Position numbers and translations under genes: made by a program. Source: Flectonema sp. DT1601 (Eukaryota). From it: a stretch of DNA of 64,000 bases. The notes under the pieces are model-generated. The model did not search any database and was not told where the DNA came from. It was given only the letters and a program-made list of their open reading frames with translations. Where the stretch lies: positions 434,001-498,000 of the forward strand of contig OZ025797.1 of assembly GCA_964019425.1 (NCBI GenBank), given 5' to 3'. Below, in pieces: positions 59,205-64,000 of this stretch (positions within the stretch are counted from its first letter, which is position 1; each line of letters starts with the position of its first letter).

Positions 59205-60159
59205 GAGAAAGGAGAAGAAAAGGAACACCGCAGTCACCCACTCAATAGTACGATCACCCGATCAGCTGAAGTGATGAACGGTGAAGTTCGAGTACTCGTG
59301 TCCCGTTACCACTTAGCGATTGGTTGCTGTGTTTATTTGTTTTTCTCTCTCGTTGCATTTTTTGATTACTATAATATTATAAAAAACATTCTTTATAATT
59401 GGTATTGCTCAATATCAAAATAATATCTTTTTTTTTTTCAGTAAGATTAAATGTAGCGAAGAAATATGTTTTCCCTCCCCGTTCTCAACCCCCATTGGCG
59501 TACGAACGAAACCGCAAAAGAAGAGGGGGGGAAAAAAAAGGGATTCTACATTCGATAGCTTGTATGAGATGTTATCGATATCAACTGTTGGTGGTAACCA
59601 GAATCCCATTTTAGTTTTCAGCCGGTTTTCAAGTTGCCTGATATTTAATAATTACAATCAAGCTATTACTGTGTTACAGTTCTTGATAAGATAAATAGGA
59701 ATGAGGTCGTCATTTCCTCTTTTTCTCCTCCTCCTACGATTAAGATGTTATTTAGATTAATAATCGAAACTGATTACACTTAGCAAGCAGTCATTGTTTT
59801 TGATGTTTAAATCTTTCATTTGCTGATACATCCTATCGCTGCACTTTTGTGAAAGTCTTGTCTTAGGTAGTATTTTTGTTTTGGCGTTTTTCATTCCCTT
59901 TTCTCTCATACTCCTTATCGATGTTGTCGGGTACACGTCTGAGATGCTTTTTACAGTTGCGGTATTTAAAAATCAGTTCCTTCTCAACAGGTTGATTAGA
60001 CAATTATATGTGGGAAGGTGGTGGGCCAAAAAGGAATGTTAGGTAGCACTCGCCCCTAGTCGGGACTGTTCCTTTTTACAATCTTACGAGCTTTAATAAT
60101 ATGCAATACCTAAGCAGACTTTAGTTTTCATAACAGGAACTTATTACAAACACCAACAG

Positions 60160-60858
60160 ATGTTGAAGTCAGGATTAATATCAGATGAGTCAAACCAATT
60201 GGCTAACGACCGTTTGGGAGATATGGTTGACTACATGAAATCTGAAGAATATCAAAAGAAAAGACTTCCAAAGGAAGCTCCAGAAGAAAAGCCTTTAGTA
60301 TACATCCAGGGAAGGGATGACACAAAAGTAGGTGGAGGAGAAGCTGAGTTGTTTAATGATGATGATCACGAGCTGCAAGCTATCAGACAACGAAGAATGC
60401 AAATGTTAAAATCAAAATTACAAAAAGAGAAGGAACTCAAAACACAAGGACACGGCATGTACCGTGAAGTGAATGAAAAAGATTTTCTACCAGAAGTGAC
60501 GAGCACTCAGTTTGTGGCAGCTCACTTTTATCACAAAGACTTCTCAAGATGTACTATTATGCATGATAAGCTGGGTGAAATCTCTAACCGCGTTGTGCAG
60601 ATTAAAATCGTTAAGATCAACGCCCAGGAAGCACCTTTCTTCACTGACAAGCTAACTGTTACTGTCCTCCCATGTATTATTTTATTTAAAGATGGAGTAG
60701 CATTCGATCGTATTGAAGGATTTGAACAACTTTCTCAGGGGGATAACTTCCCAACTGTCAGACTTGAAAAGAGACTCTGCCTCGCATTTAAGGTTCCACT
60801 CTGTTCAGATTCTATGGATGAAGAGGGAGAGGACTTAGCAAACTTGATGGGATGCTAG
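60160..60858 (+). CDS. Phosducin-like thioredoxin-fold protein (TXNDC9/Plp1-like)
   Basis: ELQAIRQRRM, GHGMYREV.EKDF, HFYHKDFSRC, APFF..KL...VLPC, RIEGFE. Confidence 0.85.
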   Translation: MLKSGLISDESNQLANDRLGDMVDYMKSEEYQKKRLPKEAPEEKPLVYIQGRDDTKVGGGEAELFNDDDHELQAIRQRRMQMLKSKLQKEKELKTQGHGMYREVNEKDFLPEVTSTQFVAAHFYHKDFSRCTIMHDKLGEISNRVVQIKIVKINAQEAPFFTDKLTVTVLPCIILFKDGVAFDRIEGFEQLSQGDNFPTVRLEKRLCLAFKVPLCSDSMDEEGEDLANLMGC

Positions 60859-61465
60859 GCAGCAGTACAGAAGTACAGACTACTGCTTGTTAATCAGTTA
60901 AGAAAGAAGTCAGTGATGTGAACTACATCAGACTTGTTGGATTGTTGAGTCTAATTGTCACCTGACCTGCTTATGGTGAGTCATTGACACTTTTCAGAGA
61001 TGCAAAAAAAAAAAAAAAAAAGAAGAGAAAAAAAATGTCGTGATGGAAAAAGTTACTTAAAAAAAAATAAGAAATCATTGTTCCCTGGCCCGACATAAAA
61101 ACTCATTTCCCTTTTCCACCTCCACACCCCAGTTTTTATTTTTATTTTTATTTTTATTTTTGCTTCTTTTGTTCGACGTCCCATCAAAGGCTGAAAAGCA
61201 CCGCCCCGAATGAGAGAACAGGGGGTGAATGAGAACTGTTACTAAAATGAAATAGAATACGAAAAAAAAAGAAAACAGATTGTCTGGTTCTACAGAAGAC
61301 GAAGAAAAAGAACATCTAGAAAAAGAAGAAAAAAAGAAAAAGAACCCTTCCCCCCCAAGTCACTAGTAGATTATTTTTTGTGTTATCTTTTGGTATAACA
61401 CTCGACATTGAAGTGATGTGTTTTAATGTTTACATTTTATTTCACTTTTATCAGAATGTACACAA

Positions 61466-62089
61466 ATGAGATTGCAGCAGAGTATTGTGTTCACACTGCT
61501 ACTGGTAACGCCTTCAGTTTGTAGTCTTAATTATAAATATTATTATGAGCGACAACCCATAGAAGTAGGTGATCACTACAGCGATAACGGCAACCGAGTT
61601 TTAAACGACGGCTACGGAACTAGCGATTGGATTTCTGAGAGCAATGCCGTTGCTTTTGCAAAAGGAACTGACGATTGGAAACCACATTTAGTCTTAAGCA
61701 GTCCTTCAATTGTACGTGAAATAGAAATTCATTACATAGTAAAGCAAGCTTGGTCTAAGTTTGCACCGTACAAAGTTACATTAAAAACAGCCAAATTGGA
61801 CAATCAATGGGAGCAAACACACTCCTTCACACTCTCTGATTCACCTGAAGTAGACGGAGGTCACAATATAAAACTATCACTACCAAGTGACAGTTGTAGT
61901 CGTTATGTTCTCATTGATGTGATTGATCCAAAGTTCCAACAGTCAGTTATAACTGAAATAACACTTCACGGTGAAAGTTGTGAAATCCGAGAACCACAAA
62001 GGTCACTCATCCCTCCTCCTGAGATACCAAACAGGGAGGCTCACAGACTACGAGGTGCTGCAGTTGATTTAGTTATGTTAAGACGATAA
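61466..62089 (+). CDS. Secreted protein, possibly with a discoidin/galactose-binding-like fold
   Basis: Signal peptide; VLNDG...SRYVLIDV...ITEITLHG pattern. Confidence 0.55.
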   Translation: MRLQQSIVFTLLLVTPSVCSLNYKYYYERQPIEVGDHYSDNGNRVLNDGYGTSDWISESNAVAFAKGTDDWKPHLVLSSPSIVREIEIHYIVKQAWSKFAPYKVTLKTAKLDNQWEQTHSFTLSDSPEVDGGHNIKLSLPSDSCSRYVLIDVIDPKFQQSVITEITLHGESCEIREPQRSLIPPPEIPNREAHRLRGAAVDLVMLRR

Positions 62090-62375
62090 TATTTTATCAC
62101 CTTACTGTTACTCATTTTTCTTCAAGTAACTTTTTCCATCACGACAATCAAGATAAAAAATAAAATATTTTTTTCAATCTCTCGGTACGCGTGTTGTTTT
62201 TCTGACGTGTTTTGTTTTTCCTCGCTAGCTTCTTACCTATTATCTTTGTTCTGGTGGATATAGTGAAGAGTCTGTTCTCACAGAGATTTAGTTCAATGAC
62301 ATGACTAGTGAAGAGAGTATTGTAACTTTAATAAATATCACTTCCCCACCAGACACTCCCCTATCCCATCTTACT

Positions 62376-63425
62376 ATGTCGCACTCAACTAAGTTATTGT
62401 CGGCATTCGGAGATGACAGCGATAATGAAGAGAAGAGAGAGTTGAGTCCAATCCCAACAACAGACACATACAAACCAATGAGGGGGATAACAAATGATAG
62501 GGAAAGATTAACAACTGAAATGGAAGCACTACCAGACGCATGTAATATTAAAGACTTACCAATCAGTATTGATGACTTCGCTATGATGGCAATGAAGGGA
62601 ATGAGGCGTTCTGATGGTTCTCAATGGAATGAAGGAGAACCACTACATGCTGGTGGAATGTTAGAGGCACAGATACCACTTCCAAAGCAGCAAGGAGCTG
62701 GTCTTGGAAGTGATCGTAGCCAACCTGTCTTGGCACCAGGACAGTCTAATTTAGAAGCATTGAAACCAAAACCTGGTGAGTTTAGAAATTATGTCGGCGT
62801 ATCACAGAAACTTCAAAAGCAAAAAGTAATTGAGACTGGTGCCCGTGTAATCATTGCGACAGGTCCACATGAAGGGCAAGATGGAATTATAACAAGCTGT
62901 CCAGAAACCGGATCAGCACTTCGTAAAAAAGATAAAATAGAAATCCAACTCTCCAGCAGTAGCGTTCAAGTAACACAAACAGCTGACAGTATCCGCTTGT
63001 GGACTAAAGCTGATAGCCAACGTTCTGCAGCAAAGAATAAATTCTCTCCAGAAGTGAATCGACCAGTTAAGAGACGCAAAGAAAAACCCCTAGAGTGGGT
63101 AATTCAACCAGGTATGTTGGTACGCGTAATATCTAAAGGTGATTTGTATAATCAGAAATTAGTTGTTCACGACATTGTTTCAACGACAGCCTTCACACTA
63201 ATTGATAGTAGTCATCATACTTATGATCATTTGGATGAGACTGATGTCGAAACTGTAATTCCCAGACAACAAGGTTCTTCCATACTAATCTTATCTGGAA
63301 AGAGAAAAGGAGCTGTAGCCTTGCTATCAGCTCGCGATAAGAAGACCTCAGAAGTTATAGTTCGGTTCAAAGGATCTCTGAAAGACCATCGGTTTTCATT
63401 CGATGATGTCTGCAGCATGGGTTGA
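62376..63425 (+). CDS. G-patch and KOW domain protein (GPKOW/Spp2/MOS2-like splicing factor)
   Basis: DDFAMMAMKGM...GAGLG (G-patch); KOW-like VIIATGPHEGQDG; WVIQPGMLVRVI...YNQK; VETVIP. The start could be 62301 instead. Confidence 0.8.
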   Translation: MSHSTKLLSAFGDDSDNEEKRELSPIPTTDTYKPMRGITNDRERLTTEMEALPDACNIKDLPISIDDFAMMAMKGMRRSDGSQWNEGEPLHAGGMLEAQIPLPKQQGAGLGSDRSQPVLAPGQSNLEALKPKPGEFRNYVGVSQKLQKQKVIETGARVIIATGPHEGQDGIITSCPETGSALRKKDKIEIQLSSSSVQVTQTADSIRLWTKADSQRSAAKNKFSPEVNRPVKRRKEKPLEWVIQPGMLVRVISKGDLYNQKLVVHDIVSTTAFTLIDSSHHTYDHLDETDVETVIPRQQGSSILILSGKRKGAVALLSARDKKTSEVIVRFKGSLKDHRFSFDDVCSMG

Positions 63426-64000
63426 GTTAACCTATTTAGCTCTTAATTATCTTTGTACAATCGGATAAGTTATTTATTACTTAAACTGTAAAGCTCTGAT
63501 TGCTTATTAATTTAACGGAGACAAAGTTAAGTTTTGTCTAAATAGCACTAGCTGTGTGCCCTCCATTCTTTTATGGTGTGGTGCGGTCGCCTTTCTATCT
63601 CGCGGCACAACCTTTTTTCTATCAGAAAATTCATTTCTTTTTTTTTTTTTTTTTTTTTTTTTTCCTGTCATTTCTTCCTTCGGGGCATTGCTCTGAGACT
63701 TTGTGTCGTTTGGCTTTTATTATTATTTTTTCGAACTCAATCCCAAGAACGAAAGTATTTCTCCCCTTCTTCTACTACAGGACAATGTTATGATGTTGTG
63801 GGTTAAAAGTCTTTTATTGATACTCTGGTACACTTTTTTTTTCGTCATCACAGCAAATCCTAAAATATGATAAAAAGAAATCGTGATGATGACACTGAAA
63901 TCGATAATGTTGATAAACGAAATAAAGAACGAGAAGATATACCAGTTGCTGAACAGCCAAAGGCGACGTTCACATCGCGAAGAAAAACACAAATCAACAC

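Overview
AT-rich eukaryotic (protist) genomic DNA. All recognisable host genes lie on the + strand, and several have short GT-AG introns. This organisation suggests Euglenozoa, probably a diplonemid-like lineage (inference). Host genes: an FkbH-ACP-ankyrin fusion, a subtilisin with lectin-like domains, a membrane-anchored methyltransferase, two ATG4 proteases, a papain-family protease, a mucin/SEA/Tudor membrane protein, a prolyl 4-hydroxylase, a phosducin-like protein, a GPKOW-like protein and several hypotheticals. The best candidate for an undescribed system is a tandem pair of large polycystin-2 (TRPP)-like channel genes. Each has a glycine-betaine-type (OpuAC/ProX) substrate-binding domain inserted in the extracellular loop, suggesting a ligand-gated TRP channel. 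Mobile DNA is abundant: a Sola-like DNA transposon with nested insertions, a decayed Ingi-like LINE with a 2A StopGo peptide, a Penelope-like retroelement with a Josephin-like protease domain, and MITE- and SINE-like repeats. All domain calls are by-eye motif recognition; no searches were run.
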